The notes beneath the pieces are model-generated. The model saw only the letters and a program-made list of their open reading frames with translations. It ran no database searches and was not told the origin of the DNA. A stretch of DNA of 64,000 nucleotides from assembly GCA_048268245.1 (NCBI GenBank), contig JBLWVX010000013.1:8356-72355 (forward strand), written 5' to 3'. How positions within the stretch are numbered: position 1 is the first letter of the stretch; every line of letters starts with the position of its first letter. Origin of the DNA: Arcobacteraceae bacterium (lineage in GTDB: Bacteria > Campylobacterota > Campylobacteria > Campylobacterales > Arcobacteraceae). Positions 39,451 to 51,106 of the stretch are shown piece by piece. A program made the translations under genes and the position numbers.

Positions 39451-40205
39451 TGAACAAAACTATTACAGAAGATTATAAAGAAAACTTTATAAACTCTGTA
39501 ATAGAAGCTAATAAAGAACTATATAAATATATACATTACAACTTACAAAAAGAAGACTTAGAATACTCAAATACAATAGGTTATGGAGGAGATAACTCCT
39601 TAAAGATTGATTTATATGCAGAAGAAATTTTTATTAAATATCTAAAAGATTTTGGAAATATATATTCCGAAGAGTGTGGTTTTTTAGACTTTAATAAAGA
39701 TTTTACAATTATTATTGATCCTATAGATGGAAGTGATAACTTTTATGCCAATTTAGAATACTATGGAAGCTCTGTAGCTTTAAAATATAAAGATGAAATA
39801 TGTGCTGGCTTTGTATGTAATTTAGCAACAGGAAATTTTATATATAGAGCTTTTGATTTTCCTTTAAAAGAGTTAAATATTGCAGGTAAAAAAATACTAA
39901 AAAGAGCAAGATTTAATAAATTTGGTATTTTTGAACGTGCATATAAATACCCTAAAATTTCACAAAAATTACAAGAAAGTAATATTAAATTTAGGTCATT
40001 GGGGGCTGCTGCTGTTTCTTTATCATTTGCAAAAAATTATGATTTTGTTTTATTTGTTGGTGAAGTTAGAGAGTTTGATATTGCAGCTTCTTTGTATATT
40101 TGTAACGAACAAAACATTTACAAAAGTAAAGATTTTTTGCTTATATCTAAAAATAAACAAAAAGTTGAGCTGATTAAAGAAATTATAAAGAATAATAGGT
40201 TATAA
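39450..40205 (+). CDS. Inositol monophosphatase-family phosphatase
   Basis: SEE, IDPIDGS, DIAA. Confidence 0.85.
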   Translation: MNKTITEDYKENFINSVIEANKELYKYIHYNLQKEDLEYSNTIGYGGDNSLKIDLYAEEIFIKYLKDFGNIYSEECGFLDFNKDFTIIIDPIDGSDNFYANLEYYGSSVALKYKDEICAGFVCNLATGNFIYRAFDFPLKELNIAGKKILKRARFNKFGIFERAYKYPKISQKLQESNIKFRSLGAAAVSLSFAKNYDFVLFVGEVREFDIAASLYICNEQNIYKSKDFLLISKNKQKVELIKEIIKNNRL

Positions 40206-40216
40206 CTCCAAGATAA

Positions 40217-40497
<281 letters not shown>

Positions 40498-40498
<1 letters not shown>

Positions 40499-41967
40499 TG
40501 GCAAAGATTACAACTATTATAGATATTGGGTCTAACTCAATGCGTATGGTTGTATTGGAAAAAAGCAGTAGATTTGCTTTTAACCTAATCAATGAAACTA
40601 AAAGTAGAGTTAAAATTTCTGAGGGTTGTTACGAAAATGGTGGCAATCTTCAAGAAATTCCTATGCAAAGAGCTTACGAGTCTCTAAAATCTTTTTTAAA
40701 TATATCTAATTCATTAAAATCACGGAAAGTTATATGTGTTGCTACTTCAGCATTAAGAGATGCTCCTAATGCTAAAACTTTTTTATCAAGAATAAAAAAT
40801 GATTTTGGTTTGAGTATAAAAGTTATTGATGGTGAAAAAGAGGCCTTTTACGGAGGTGTTGCAGCATCAAATTTAATACACGATGACGATTTTGTAACTG
40901 TTGATATTGGTGGAGGCTCTACTGAGTTTTCATTTGTACGAAATGGAGTGATTTTAAAATCAATTTCATTAAACATTGGAACAGTTAGGATGAAAGAATT
41001 GTACTTTAATAAAAATGATATTAAAGGTGCAAAAAAATATATCTTAGATAATTTAAAAGAGCTTTTTGAATTAAATATGCATATTCCAAGTGTAGTTGTT
41101 GGTATTGGTGGAAGTATTAGAGCATTATCAAAAATCATAATGCAAAAAAATGAATACCCTCTTGATATATTACATGGTTACAAATACAATGTAGAAAATG
41201 AACTTAATCATTTAGATTTAATTGTAAATGCAAAAACAAATAAAGATCTTAAAAACCTAGGTGTTAAAAAAGATAGACTTGATACTATAAAAGAAGGAAC
41301 TTTTATATTTAAAACTATTTTAGAACAGCTAAGTATCAAAAAAGTAATTACTTCTGGTGCTGGTGTTAGAGAAGGTGTTTATCTTTGCGATTTATTAAGA
41401 TCTAATAACAATAAATTTCCAGCAAACTATAATGTAAGTGTGAGAAGTTTACTAGATAGATTTCAAATAGATCAAAGACAAAGTGCTTATTTTGGTTCAA
41501 ATGCAGGTAAAATATATGATGCTTTAAAACCATTACATGAACTTGATGATAAATTTAGACAACTTCTAATAATTGCTTCTAAGCTTCATACAATTGGTAG
41601 TTCTTTAAACTTCTATAAATCAAATGATAATGCATTTGATTTTATACTAAATGGTTTGAATTATGATTTTCAACATAGTTCAAGAGTTATAATTGCTCAT
41701 ACTATTAAGTACTCTAAAAAGTCACTACCAAGTAAAAGTGATTTAGAAACCTTTAAAGAGTTACTACCTAAAACTTCCGATATGAAATGGATGTCATTTA
41801 TGATTGCTTTAAATCTTGCTGTTAATGAAGATTTATCAAGGCCAAATGTAGAGTATATATTAGATGGTGAAACTTTAAAAATTAAATTAGAAAACAAATC
41901 ATTTATGATTGCTTCAAATATTGATAAATTAGAGTTACCAAAGAGTTTAAAATTAGAGTTATTGTAA
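40498..41967 (+). CDS. Ppx/GppA phosphatase
   Basis: DIGSNS, ATSALRDA, DIGGGSTE, GVREG. Confidence 0.92.
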
Positions 41968-42876
41968 ATGAAGAAGTTTGTTTATCAGATATTTCTTTTC
42001 TTAGTATTTTTACTAAGAAAAAGTCCAAAAGTATTAAGAAGAGGTTTTTTTAAACTAATTGCTAAAGGTGCATATTTATTTGCTTCTAATACTAACAAAA
42101 TTATAAAATCAAATGTTGACTTAGTATTTGATGGTAAAGTTAAAGAAGAAGAGTTAAAAGAAATTCAAAAATACTCTTACTTTAATATGGTTTTATGGGT
42201 TCAATCATTAATTGAAAACCTTGATGTAAGTGATGAAGAACTTAAAAAAACTGTAAAAATTGAAAATGAAGAAATACTTACAAAATTAAAAGAAGAAAAA
42301 AAACCTATTATTTTAATATCAGCTCACTATGGAAATATGGAAATGCTTAGCTGTTATTTAAATAAGTTCGTAACACCTATTCATCAAGTAGCTAGACAAT
42401 CAAACTTTAAAGAAATGGATGAGTTTATAGTAAATGCTAGAGAAAAATCTGGTGCAAGGATTATATTTAGATCAGGTGCTGTTAAAAAACTAGTGAAAGC
42501 TTTGATGAAAAAAGAAGTTGTATCTTTGATAATTGATCAGAATATAAATTCAAAAGATGGTACTGAAGTTGAGTTTTTGGGTAAGATAGCTTATCAAACG
42601 AGTACATCTGCACTTCTTGCAAGGAAGTTTAACGCTTATGTTGTTCCTGTAGCTATTTTTAATGAAGAGAACTATAATTACACAATCAAAATATATAATC
42701 CTATAGAGCCAATTAAAACAGATGATGAAGAAAAAGATTTAAAGGCCTCTTGTCAGTTGCATGCTAATGCAATATCTGATATAATACTTTCAGATAAAAA
42801 ACAATGGTTCTGGCCTCATAAAAGATTTAAAAGCCACTATAGAGAGATATATGAAAAGAATTTTAATAATAAGTGA
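41968..42876 (+). CDS. Lipid A late acyltransferase (LpxL/HtrB/WaaM)
   Basis: HYGNME, DQ, QWFWPHKRFK. Confidence 0.9.
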   Translation: MKKFVYQIFLFLVFLLRKSPKVLRRGFFKLIAKGAYLFASNTNKIIKSNVDLVFDGKVKEEELKEIQKYSYFNMVLWVQSLIENLDVSDEELKKTVKIENEEILTKLKEEKKPIILISAHYGNMEMLSCYLNKFVTPIHQVARQSNFKEMDEFIVNAREKSGARIIFRSGAVKKLVKALMKKEVVSLIIDQNINSKDGTEVEFLGKIAYQTSTSALLARKFNAYVVPVAIFNEENYNYTIKIYNPIEPIKTDDEEKDLKASCQLHANAISDIILSDKKQWFWPHKRFKSHYREIYEKNFNNK

Positions 42877-43726
42877 TGGCAAACCAGGTCATTTAAACCA
42901 ATCAATTGCCTTTTGCAAAATAAAAAATATAAGTTATGATATTGTCGAAGTAAAGTTTAAAACAAAACTACATAAGGCAATATCTTATTTTTTTGATAGA
43001 ATAAACTATTATACTGATGAACTATTTGAAGATTATAGAAAATATTATTATGAGTTTTATGATGCTGTTGTAAGTACAGGTTCAAGTACTTATTATTTTA
43101 ATAAATTCATTAGTAAAACTCAAAATAAAAAATCAATAGTTTTAATGCTTCCAAAAGGTTATAAATATGTAGATTTTGATAACATAATAGCTCAAGAACA
43201 TGATAAAGCACCAAAACTTAACAATATTTTAGAAGTACCTTTAAACTTATCATTTAGTAAACCTAAAAATATTTTACAAAAAAATGAAGAAAATAAAGCA
43301 ATAGGTATAATAATAGGTGGGAATAACTCTGTTTTTACTTTAGATATTGATGATTTAAGAGATGAATTAAATAGAATATTTGAAGAGAATACTGATTCTT
43401 TAAAATATATAACTACAAGTGCACGAACACCTTTTGAAGTAGATGGATTGATTGATGAGTATGATTTTGATTACAAACTTATATATTCAAGAGAACCAGA
43501 GATAAACCCTGTTTATGATTTTATTAATGTTTGTGATGAATTATATATTACTCAAGATTCAACATCAATGCTAAGTGAAGCACGAGCTAATACGGATGCA
43601 GAAATAAATATAATAAATTTAAAATCTAAAAAAGAGAATACTAAATACCATAGACTTGTGGAAAAAGTATCTTCTATGAATAAAAAAGTAGATTTTGAAA
43701 AACTTTTAGAAAGAGTGGAAATATAA
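42851..43726 (+). CDS. ELM1/GtrOC1-family putative glycosyltransferase
   Basis: SDGKPGHLNQS, HD, IGG, TTSART, NP, TQDSTSMLSEA. Confidence 0.8.
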   Translation: MKRILIISDGKPGHLNQSIAFCKIKNISYDIVEVKFKTKLHKAISYFFDRINYYTDELFEDYRKYYYEFYDAVVSTGSSTYYFNKFISKTQNKKSIVLMLPKGYKYVDFDNIIAQEHDKAPKLNNILEVPLNLSFSKPKNILQKNEENKAIGIIIGGNNSVFTLDIDDLRDELNRIFEENTDSLKYITTSARTPFEVDGLIDEYDFDYKLIYSREPEINPVYDFINVCDELYITQDSTSMLSEARANTDAEINIINLKSKKENTKYHRLVEKVSSMNKKVDFEKLLERVEI

Positions 43727-43732
43727 AATACA

Positions 43733-45001
43733 ATGAAAAAGAATATATGTATAGTAGGGCTAGGATATGTAGGACTTCCATTAGCTCATGCGTTTGCAAC
43801 AAAATATGAAAATGTTATAGGTTTTGATATAAACCAAAACAGAATAAATGAACTTAAAAACTCTATTGATTCTACTTTAGAACTAGAATCATCACAACTC
43901 AAAGAGGTAGAAAAAAATATCACTTATACTACAAACTTAGATGATATAAAAGAAGCAAATATTTATATTGTAACTGTTCCTACACCTATTGATAGCTCAA
44001 ATAGACCAGATTTAACACCCCTTATTAAATCATCTCAAACAGTAGGAAAAGTACTTAAAAAAGATGATATTGTTATATATGAGTCTACTGTTTACCCTGG
44101 TGTAACAGAAGAAGTATGTGTACCACAACTAGAAGAAACTTCAAACTTGAAGTTTAATGAAGACTTTTTTTGTGGATATTCTCCTGAGAGAATCAATCCA
44201 GGAGATAAAAAACATACTGTTACTAAAATATTAAAAGTTACAAGTGGAAGTACTCCTAAAATAGCTGATATTGTAGATGAATTATATAATTCCATCATAA
44301 AAGCAGGAACTTTTAAAGCTTCAAGTATAAAAGTAGCAGAAGCAAGTAAAGTAATAGAAAATACTCAAAGAGATGTTAATATAGCTTTGATAAATGAACT
44401 AGCTCTTATCTTTGATACTATGAATATAGATACAAATGAAGTAATAGAAGCAGCTGCAACAAAGTGGAATTTTATTAAGTTAAAACCAGGTTTAGTTGGT
44501 GGTCATTGTATTGGTGTAGATCCTTACTATCTTACTTATAAAGCAGAAGAGTTAGGATATAAACCAAACCTTATCTTAGGTGCAAGACAAATAAACAACA
44601 GTATGGGAAAATACATAGCAGAAAAAACAATTAAGCTTATGATAAAAAAAGGTAAGATTATAAAAGATTCAAATATCTTAATATTAGGACTTACTTTCAA
44701 AGAAAACTGCCCAGATATTAGAAATACAAAAGTTGTTGATATTATAGAAGAATTAAAAGATTATGGTTCGAACATTGATATTTATGAACCATGGATAGAT
44801 GAAAAAGATAAATCATACTATGATTATAACTTTATAGAAGATCCTTTAAAAAGTGATAAAAAATATGAGGCTATCATAATAGCAGTAGGGCATGATAAGT
44901 TTAAAGAGATTTCACAAGAGGATTTAGAATCTTTAATTAAAGGTGAAAATATTTTAATTGATGTAAAAGGTATCATGCCTAATCCAGATTGGAAACTTTA
45001 A
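43733..45001 (+). CDS. UDP-HexNAc 6-dehydrogenase (TviB/WbpO/Gna type)
   Basis: GLGYVGLP, VPTP, YESTVYPG, SPERINPGD, GGHCIGVDP, FKENCPDIRN. Confidence 0.9.
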   Translation: MKKNICIVGLGYVGLPLAHAFATKYENVIGFDINQNRINELKNSIDSTLELESSQLKEVEKNITYTTNLDDIKEANIYIVTVPTPIDSSNRPDLTPLIKSSQTVGKVLKKDDIVIYESTVYPGVTEEVCVPQLEETSNLKFNEDFFCGYSPERINPGDKKHTVTKILKVTSGSTPKIADIVDELYNSIIKAGTFKASSIKVAEASKVIENTQRDVNIALINELALIFDTMNIDTNEVIEAAATKWNFIKLKPGLVGGHCIGVDPYYLTYKAEELGYKPNLILGARQINNSMGKYIAEKTIKLMIKKGKIIKDSNILILGLTFKENCPDIRNTKVVDIIEELKDYGSNIDIYEPWIDEKDKSYYDYNFIEDPLKSDKKYEAIIIAVGHDKFKEISQEDLESLIKGENILIDVKGIMPNPDWKL

Positions 45002-45004
45002 TAT

Positions 45005-46093
45005 ATGAAAATTGTACAAATTTTACCTGAATTGAATGAAGGTGGGGTTGAACGAGGTACAGTTGAATCAAGTAGAGAATATGTAAAAAAAGGAATTGAA
45101 TCTATTGTGATAAGCAATGGAGGAAAACTTGTACCTCAAATAGAAAAAGATGGTGGGAAACACTATTCTTTTGATGTTTGTAGTAAAAATATATTTGCAG
45201 TTCCTACAAGAGTAACTTCTTTAAAAAAGATATTAAAAGATATAAACCCTGATATTATTCATGTACGAAGTAGAGTACCTGCATGGCTTGTATATTTTGC
45301 AAAGAAAAATCTTAAAGCTAAAATAGTAAGTACGGTTCATGGTTTTAATAGTGTAGGATTTTACAGCTCAATAATGACAAAAGCAGATCATGTAATTTGT
45401 GTAAGTAATTCTATAAAAGAGTATATTCAAAAAAACTATAAAACACCCTCAGAAATAATAAGTGTAATACCAAGAGGTATAGACACAAAGCTTTTTAATA
45501 AAAATAATCTTGATAAAGAATTTTTAGATAATTTTAAAGATGAATATGATTTAAATGATAAATTTATTGTGTCAATAGTTGGAAGAGTTACTCAACTAAA
45601 AGATTATGAAACGTTTATAAAAGCAATTCTTGGAGTAAAAAAGAGTATTAAAAACGTAAAAGCCATAATAGTCGGTGGTGTAAGAGAAGACAAAGAAGAC
45701 TATTTTAATTCATTAAAAAAATTAATAAAAAAGTTAGATTTAGAAGAAAATATTAGTTTTACAGGAAGCCAAAATAAAATAGCTGAAGTATATGCCTTAA
45801 GTAATGTAGTTGTAAGTAGTTCAAAAAAACCAGAAAGTTTTGGAAGAGCAGTAGCAGAAGCGATAGCTTTAAATACACCTGTAGTTGCTACTAATCATGG
45901 TGGAGTAAAAGATATAATAATAGAAAATGAAAATGGATTTTTCTTTGAAATAGGTGATAGTGAAGAATTAAGTAAAAAAATAATAAAATGTAATCAATTA
46001 AAGTTTGATGGTTTAAATTATATAAAGAGTAATTTTTCTTTGGAAAATATGATTGAAAAGACTATTGATGTTTATAAAGGAATAGAAAATTAA
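45005..46093 (+). CDS. GT4 glycosyltransferase
   Basis: GGVERGT, SRVPAW, HG, PESFGR..EA. Confidence 0.9.
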   Translation: MKIVQILPELNEGGVERGTVESSREYVKKGIESIVISNGGKLVPQIEKDGGKHYSFDVCSKNIFAVPTRVTSLKKILKDINPDIIHVRSRVPAWLVYFAKKNLKAKIVSTVHGFNSVGFYSSIMTKADHVICVSNSIKEYIQKNYKTPSEIISVIPRGIDTKLFNKNNLDKEFLDNFKDEYDLNDKFIVSIVGRVTQLKDYETFIKAILGVKKSIKNVKAIIVGGVREDKEDYFNSLKKLIKKLDLEENISFTGSQNKIAEVYALSNVVVSSSKKPESFGRAVAEAIALNTPVVATNHGGVKDIIIENENGFFFEIGDSEELSKKIIKCNQLKFDGLNYIKSNFSLENMIEKTIDVYKGIEN

Positions 46094-46121
46094 TAATATA
46101 GTAATTAATAGAAGTGAAAGT

Positions 46122-47240
46122 TTGTTCTTTAAGTTTTTACTAGTACTTTGGATAATATCAATACCATTTAAAAATGCTATTTTCCAAGGTTCTATAGGTT
46201 TAATTATACTTTTTTTTATATATTCTTTATTCAAAAATAAAGATTATTTTATTTTAATTGAGAATTTAAAAAAAGTTAAATATTTATCTATAGGGTTCTT
46301 TTTAATAGTTTCTTCAATGATTCTATCAAATTTAGTCAATCCTGAAAATTTAAGTCAGAAGTCATGGCATACTACTTTTATGTTTGTTATTAGATATGGT
46401 TTGATTTTTGTTTGTTTAGCATATTTTTATAAAAAAAATTATTTTGAAGAAAAGTTTGTTAAAATCCTTGTATATAGTTCATTAGTTTATTTAGCTTTAT
46501 TAGGCTTATACGAGCTAATCTTAAATCCTTCTATTTTAAATGGCATTGGTATTCATGGTACTTTGAGTAATAGAAACTCTTTTGGTTTACATATGGGGAT
46601 GGGCGTTGTATTAAGTGCAATTCTTTTTATGTATAATAAAAAAATAGCAGTTTTATTGTTTATAGTATTTACATTTCTTATGATGTTTTCATTTTCAAGA
46701 TCTTCTTGGGTTGCTAGTTTTTCATCTATATTAGTATTGATGATATTTAATTATAGAGAAATAAAAATGAGTCATATATTATATATGTTTGGTTTTATTG
46801 GCTTTCTTTTAGCAGTTTATTTTTCTTCTGATTCTTTACAAGTACGTTTTTCTCAATTGTTAGAAGGTTACTCAAGTCAAAGAACGACAATTTGGTCATA
46901 TACTATTGAATTTATAAAGTTAAATCTAACTATAGGATATGGGATAGATTCTTGGGCAAGTTTACCAAATGCCTATTTAAATAAATTCCCTGATCCTCAC
47001 AACATGGTTTTAGAAATATTATTATATACAGGACTAATTGGCTTCTTTTTTTGTTTTTTAACTATTTTTATAATTTTAAAAAAAATAGTTAAAAGTAAGA
47101 ATTATATTTATCTTTCTATTTCAATTTATTTTTTAGTTATTACACAATTTGATTTTGGAGCTTTTTTTACAAAAGAAATATTGAGCTTTTTAACAATTTT
47201 TGTTTTTCTAGTCTATAGCAAAAAATTTAAGGAACAATAG
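46122..47240 (+). CDS. O-antigen ligase (WaaL) family protein
   Basis: Polytopic membrane protein; SRSSW, R..IW, GYG, PHN. Confidence 0.8.
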   Translation: MFFKFLLVLWIISIPFKNAIFQGSIGLIILFFIYSLFKNKDYFILIENLKKVKYLSIGFFLIVSSMILSNLVNPENLSQKSWHTTFMFVIRYGLIFVCLAYFYKKNYFEEKFVKILVYSSLVYLALLGLYELILNPSILNGIGIHGTLSNRNSFGLHMGMGVVLSAILFMYNKKIAVLLFIVFTFLMMFSFSRSSWVASFSSILVLMIFNYREIKMSHILYMFGFIGFLLAVYFSSDSLQVRFSQLLEGYSSQRTTIWSYTIEFIKLNLTIGYGIDSWASLPNAYLNKFPDPHNMVLEILLYTGLIGFFFCFLTIFIILKKIVKSKNYIYLSISIYFLVITQFDFGAFFTKEILSFLTIFVFLVYSKKFKEQ

Positions 47241-48055
47241 TGGAATTTTATTTATTAACTTTACTTTTTATTTGTTTAATAGTTTTTTCTATTAGATTTA
47301 AATGGTGGAGAAAAAATATTTCTTATATTTATCCTAGAGTTTTAATGTATCATATGATTTCAAATCATTTGCCGAAAAATAAATCTAAATTTAATAGGTT
47401 AAGAGTAAAACCAGAAGAATTCGAAAAACAGTTAATTTGGTTGAAAAAAAATAATTTTAAAAGCTTTACGCTAAGTGAATTGATTTCCTTGAAAGAAGTT
47501 CCACAAAAAGCTGTTGTTATAACTTTTGATGATGGATATGAAGATAACTTTACAAATGCATTCCCTTTATTAAAGAAATATGGTTTTAAAGCAACTATTT
47601 ATGTGGTTTTAAATAGATTTGATAAAAATTGGGCTACTGATAAAGATTTAAAGTCAAGTTCTGATGAATTAAATAGTGAAAAAATGTTAAGTAATGACCA
47701 AGTTAATAAGATGCTTGAAAGTGGAATAATTGAGATTGGTTCTCACACTTTAGATCATGTAAATTTACCTTCATTGAGTTTTTATGAAAAAAAATTACAA
47801 CTTTTAAAATCTAAAGAACAAATAGAAGAAATATTTAATATTAAATGTACATCATTTGCTTATCCTTTTGGCTTTCATGATGAAACAGATGTTAAACTAG
47901 TGGAAGAATTAAACTATACCAATGCTACAACAACATATAATTCTGTTTATAATAAAGAAAAGTTTTCAAATTATAGAATTCCTAGAATAATGATAAGTGG
48001 AAGACAAGGAATATTTGCATTTATATTAAAAATGAAAAAAGGGCGAGTTAGATGA
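47240..48055 (+). CDS. Polysaccharide deacetylase
   Basis: LMYH, TFDDGY, GSHTLDH, FAYPFG. Confidence 0.9.
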   Translation: MEFYLLTLLFICLIVFSIRFKWWRKNISYIYPRVLMYHMISNHLPKNKSKFNRLRVKPEEFEKQLIWLKKNNFKSFTLSELISLKEVPQKAVVITFDDGYEDNFTNAFPLLKKYGFKATIYVVLNRFDKNWATDKDLKSSSDELNSEKMLSNDQVNKMLESGIIEIGSHTLDHVNLPSLSFYEKKLQLLKSKEQIEEIFNIKCTSFAYPFGFHDETDVKLVEELNYTNATTTYNSVYNKEKFSNYRIPRIMISGRQGIFAFILKMKKGRVR

Positions 48056-49029
48056 AAATTTGTTATTTTACATGTTCTGCAGGTTTTGGTGGAATGGAGA
48101 AAATAATTATAGATACTTTAAATGAAATTAATGATAATAATGAATACTCAATAATAATCCCCAAAAACTCTGAATATAAAAGTAAATTATCTAAAAAAGT
48201 TAAAATAATTGAATTTAATTCAATGAATAAAAGATTTAATATTTTTTTATATTTTGAAATTTACAACTATATCAAAAATTATAAAATAGTACATACTCAT
48301 GGTGCTAAAGCTTCTAAAATTATTTATTATTTGAATAAATTACTTCCTTTCGTTCATATCGCTACAAAACATAATATAAGAAAAGGCAAAATATTTAATA
48401 AAATAAAAAATGTAATTAGTGTTTCAAAAGAGGTTGCAAAAACAATAAATCACCCTAGTAAAACTTTATATTTTGGTATAAGAAAGGTTTCTGAAATTAA
48501 ATCTAATAAAGAAGATATATTCACTATTGTTGCGGTTGGAAGATTAGATCCAATAAAAGGTTTTGATTTATTAATTAAGCAAGTATCGAAATTGAACTTT
48601 GACTTTAAATTGAATATTATTGGTGATGGTCCTCAAAAAGAAAAATTAGAAAAATTAATTATTGACAATAATTTAGAAAAAAAAGTTTTTCTTTTAGGAT
48701 TTAAAAATAATATTTCAGAATATTTAAGAAACAGTCATTTACAAGTTATTAGCTCTTTAAGTGAAGGTATGCCTTTAACTTTAATAGAAGGGATTATGTC
48801 TAGCACTGTAATCATTTCTACACCTGTTGGTGGAATAGTTGAAGTACTTGATAAAGATTATTTAGAAGATGTTGATAATTTTTCAGATAAAATAACTAAT
48901 ATTTATAAGAATTATAGCTTTTACTGTGATGATTTTTATTTAAAACACAATCACTTTAAAGAGAAGTTTGATTTTAATAATTATTCAAATAACTTAATTC
49001 AGTATTATAAGAGGTGTGTAAATGAATAA
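48052..49029 (+). CDS. GT4 glycosyltransferase
   Basis: GGME, GRL..KG, SEGMPLTLIE. Confidence 0.88.
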   Translation: MKICYFTCSAGFGGMEKIIIDTLNEINDNNEYSIIIPKNSEYKSKLSKKVKIIEFNSMNKRFNIFLYFEIYNYIKNYKIVHTHGAKASKIIYYLNKLLPFVHIATKHNIRKGKIFNKIKNVISVSKEVAKTINHPSKTLYFGIRKVSEIKSNKEDIFTIVAVGRLDPIKGFDLLIKQVSKLNFDFKLNIIGDGPQKEKLEKLIIDNNLEKKVFLLGFKNNISEYLRNSHLQVISSLSEGMPLTLIEGIMSSTVIISTPVGGIVEVLDKDYLEDVDNFSDKITNIYKNYSFYCDDFYLKHNHFKEKFDFNNYSNNLIQYYKRCVNE

Positions 49030-50083
49030 AAGTTTTAAAATTGTTCATTGTGGAATATTTAATGAAAAAGAAAATGGTAATTTTTTTTATGGATTAGAAA
49101 GAAAGATTAGTCATGGTTTAATACAAAATGGTCATTTTGTATATGATTTTAGCTATCGAGATATTGAAAGGAATTCACGTTTTTTAGGTATAAAAGATAG
49201 TGGTTTAAAAAAAATGAATGAAAAGTTAATTGATATTTGTAAAAATATAAATGCAGATATTCTATTTTTAGCAAAAGCTGAAAAGATTGACAAAAATACA
49301 CTAATTAAAATTAAAAAGATTTTGCCAAATATTAAAATTGTACAATGGTATGTAGATCACTTAGTTGAAAAAGATGAGTTTTTTAAAAAATTAGATTATA
49401 TTGATGTTTTTTATTATGCAAATGCAAAAGAATTGGCCAATCTATCAAAAAAATATAAGAATACTTTATTTTCATTCTTTCCAAATATTTCAGACCCTGC
49501 TTTTGATAAAAAAATGGAATTAACTAAAACAAATGATATAATTTATATAGCAAGAGATTATAAAGAAGATGTAAGAACTAAATTTGCAGTCTTGTTAAAA
49601 GATTTTTGTGATAAGGAAAAAATAAACTTAAAAGTTTACGCATCTTTAGGTAATCCTACTATTTTTGGAAATGATTTTCAAAAAGCAATATCTGAAACTA
49701 AAATTGCAATTAATTTTAATAGAGATGACAACTTAGATAATGTAAATAAAGATAAGGTTTTAGGAGCTTCTGATAGAATGGCTCAATTTCTCGGGTGTGG
49801 TATTTGTACTTTTTCACCAAGGATAAAAGGCTTTGAAAAACTTTATAAAGATCAAGAAGAAATTATTTATTTTGATTCTCCTAATGATTGTTTCAAGAAG
49901 TTAAAAATTTATTTAAAAGATGATAACTATAAATCAATTGGAATAAAAGGTCAAGATAAAACTTATAAAATTGCAAATGCAAAAAGAGTAACACAGTTCA
50001 TGTTAGAGCTATTATTTGATAATAATAACTCTAATAATTATGAATGGAGTGAATATAAATTTAGAGAAGGAAATCAGATATGA
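49022..50083 (+). CDS. GT-B fold glycosyltransferase (CgeB-like C-terminus)
   Basis: WYVD, KIAINF, SDRMAQFLGCG; LOS context. Confidence 0.75.
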   Translation: MNKSFKIVHCGIFNEKENGNFFYGLERKISHGLIQNGHFVYDFSYRDIERNSRFLGIKDSGLKKMNEKLIDICKNINADILFLAKAEKIDKNTLIKIKKILPNIKIVQWYVDHLVEKDEFFKKLDYIDVFYYANAKELANLSKKYKNTLFSFFPNISDPAFDKKMELTKTNDIIYIARDYKEDVRTKFAVLLKDFCDKEKINLKVYASLGNPTIFGNDFQKAISETKIAINFNRDDNLDNVNKDKVLGASDRMAQFLGCGICTFSPRIKGFEKLYKDQEEIIYFDSPNDCFKKLKIYLKDDNYKSIGIKGQDKTYKIANAKRVTQFMLELLFDNNNSNNYEWSEYKFREGNQI

Positions 50084-51069
50084 TAATATTGCAGACATTA
50101 CATTGGGTACAATTTGCAGGGACTGAAAAACTGTGTGTAGATTTGTGTAATGAATTGTCAAATGAGCATACAGTTTATCTATTAACTAATGATAAGATTA
50201 AACCTTATATATGTAATAATGTTAATTTAATTGATATTGATTTTAAAAAAAGTAGACGAAATCCATTCTTTTTATACAAATTGGCAAAAATAGTGGATGA
50301 AATCAATCCAGATGTTATTCATATTCATAATACAAAAGAACTTGAAGTGATGTACAATGCAAGGTTTTTTATGAAAAAGAAAATACCAATTATTGGTACG
50401 AAACATACATTAACTCCTAAGAAAAAATATAAATTAGCAGATTTAGCTGTTGGAATTTTAGAAGACACACACTCTATTATTGAGTCAAATAATTCTGTAA
50501 TTATTAAAAATGGAATGGCATATAAAGAACCTGAATTATTGCCGAAAGAAAATAAATTTCATATTGTTTCCGCAGCAAGGCTTTCTCCTGCAAAAGGAAT
50601 GGATATTATAATAAAAGCTGCTTCATTATTAACTTTTGAATTTAAATTAAGTCTTTTTGGTAGGGGTGAACAAGAACAAGAATTAGTAAAACTTATTCAA
50701 GATTTAAATTTAGAAGAGAAAGTTAAAATTGTAGGGTTTGTTGATAATTTAAATGATCACTTATTTTCTTCTGATGTGCAAATAATTGCATCTAGATTTG
50801 AACCATATGGATTAACTGCAATAGATGGTATTTATTATTCAAAAGTTTTACTTTCAACTAAAACAGGAATCTGTGAACAAATATTAGATGAAGAATTATT
50901 ATTTGAAACTGATTATAAATCACTTGCAAAAAAATTAGAAGAAGTTTATTCTGATTATGAAAAATATGTAACTTTATTCTCAAAAGTTAAAAATACGAAA
51001 GATGAGTATAGTATTGAAAAAATGACTGAAAAATATTTAAAAGCTTATAATAGTTTATTAAAACAATAA
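50080..51069 (+). CDS. GT4 glycosyltransferase
   Basis: AGTE, RL..KG, SRFEPYGL..ID. Confidence 0.85.
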   Translation: MIILQTLHWVQFAGTEKLCVDLCNELSNEHTVYLLTNDKIKPYICNNVNLIDIDFKKSRRNPFFLYKLAKIVDEINPDVIHIHNTKELEVMYNARFFMKKKIPIIGTKHTLTPKKKYKLADLAVGILEDTHSIIESNNSVIIKNGMAYKEPELLPKENKFHIVSAARLSPAKGMDIIIKAASLLTFEFKLSLFGRGEQEQELVKLIQDLNLEEKVKIVGFVDNLNDHLFSSDVQIIASRFEPYGLTAIDGIYYSKVLLSTKTGICEQILDEELLFETDYKSLAKKLEEVYSDYEKYVTLFSKVKNTKDEYSIEKMTEKYLKAYNSLLKQ

Positions 51070-51106
51070 TTTAAAGTAATTCTATTTATTAAATCAAAGG
51101 TAAAAA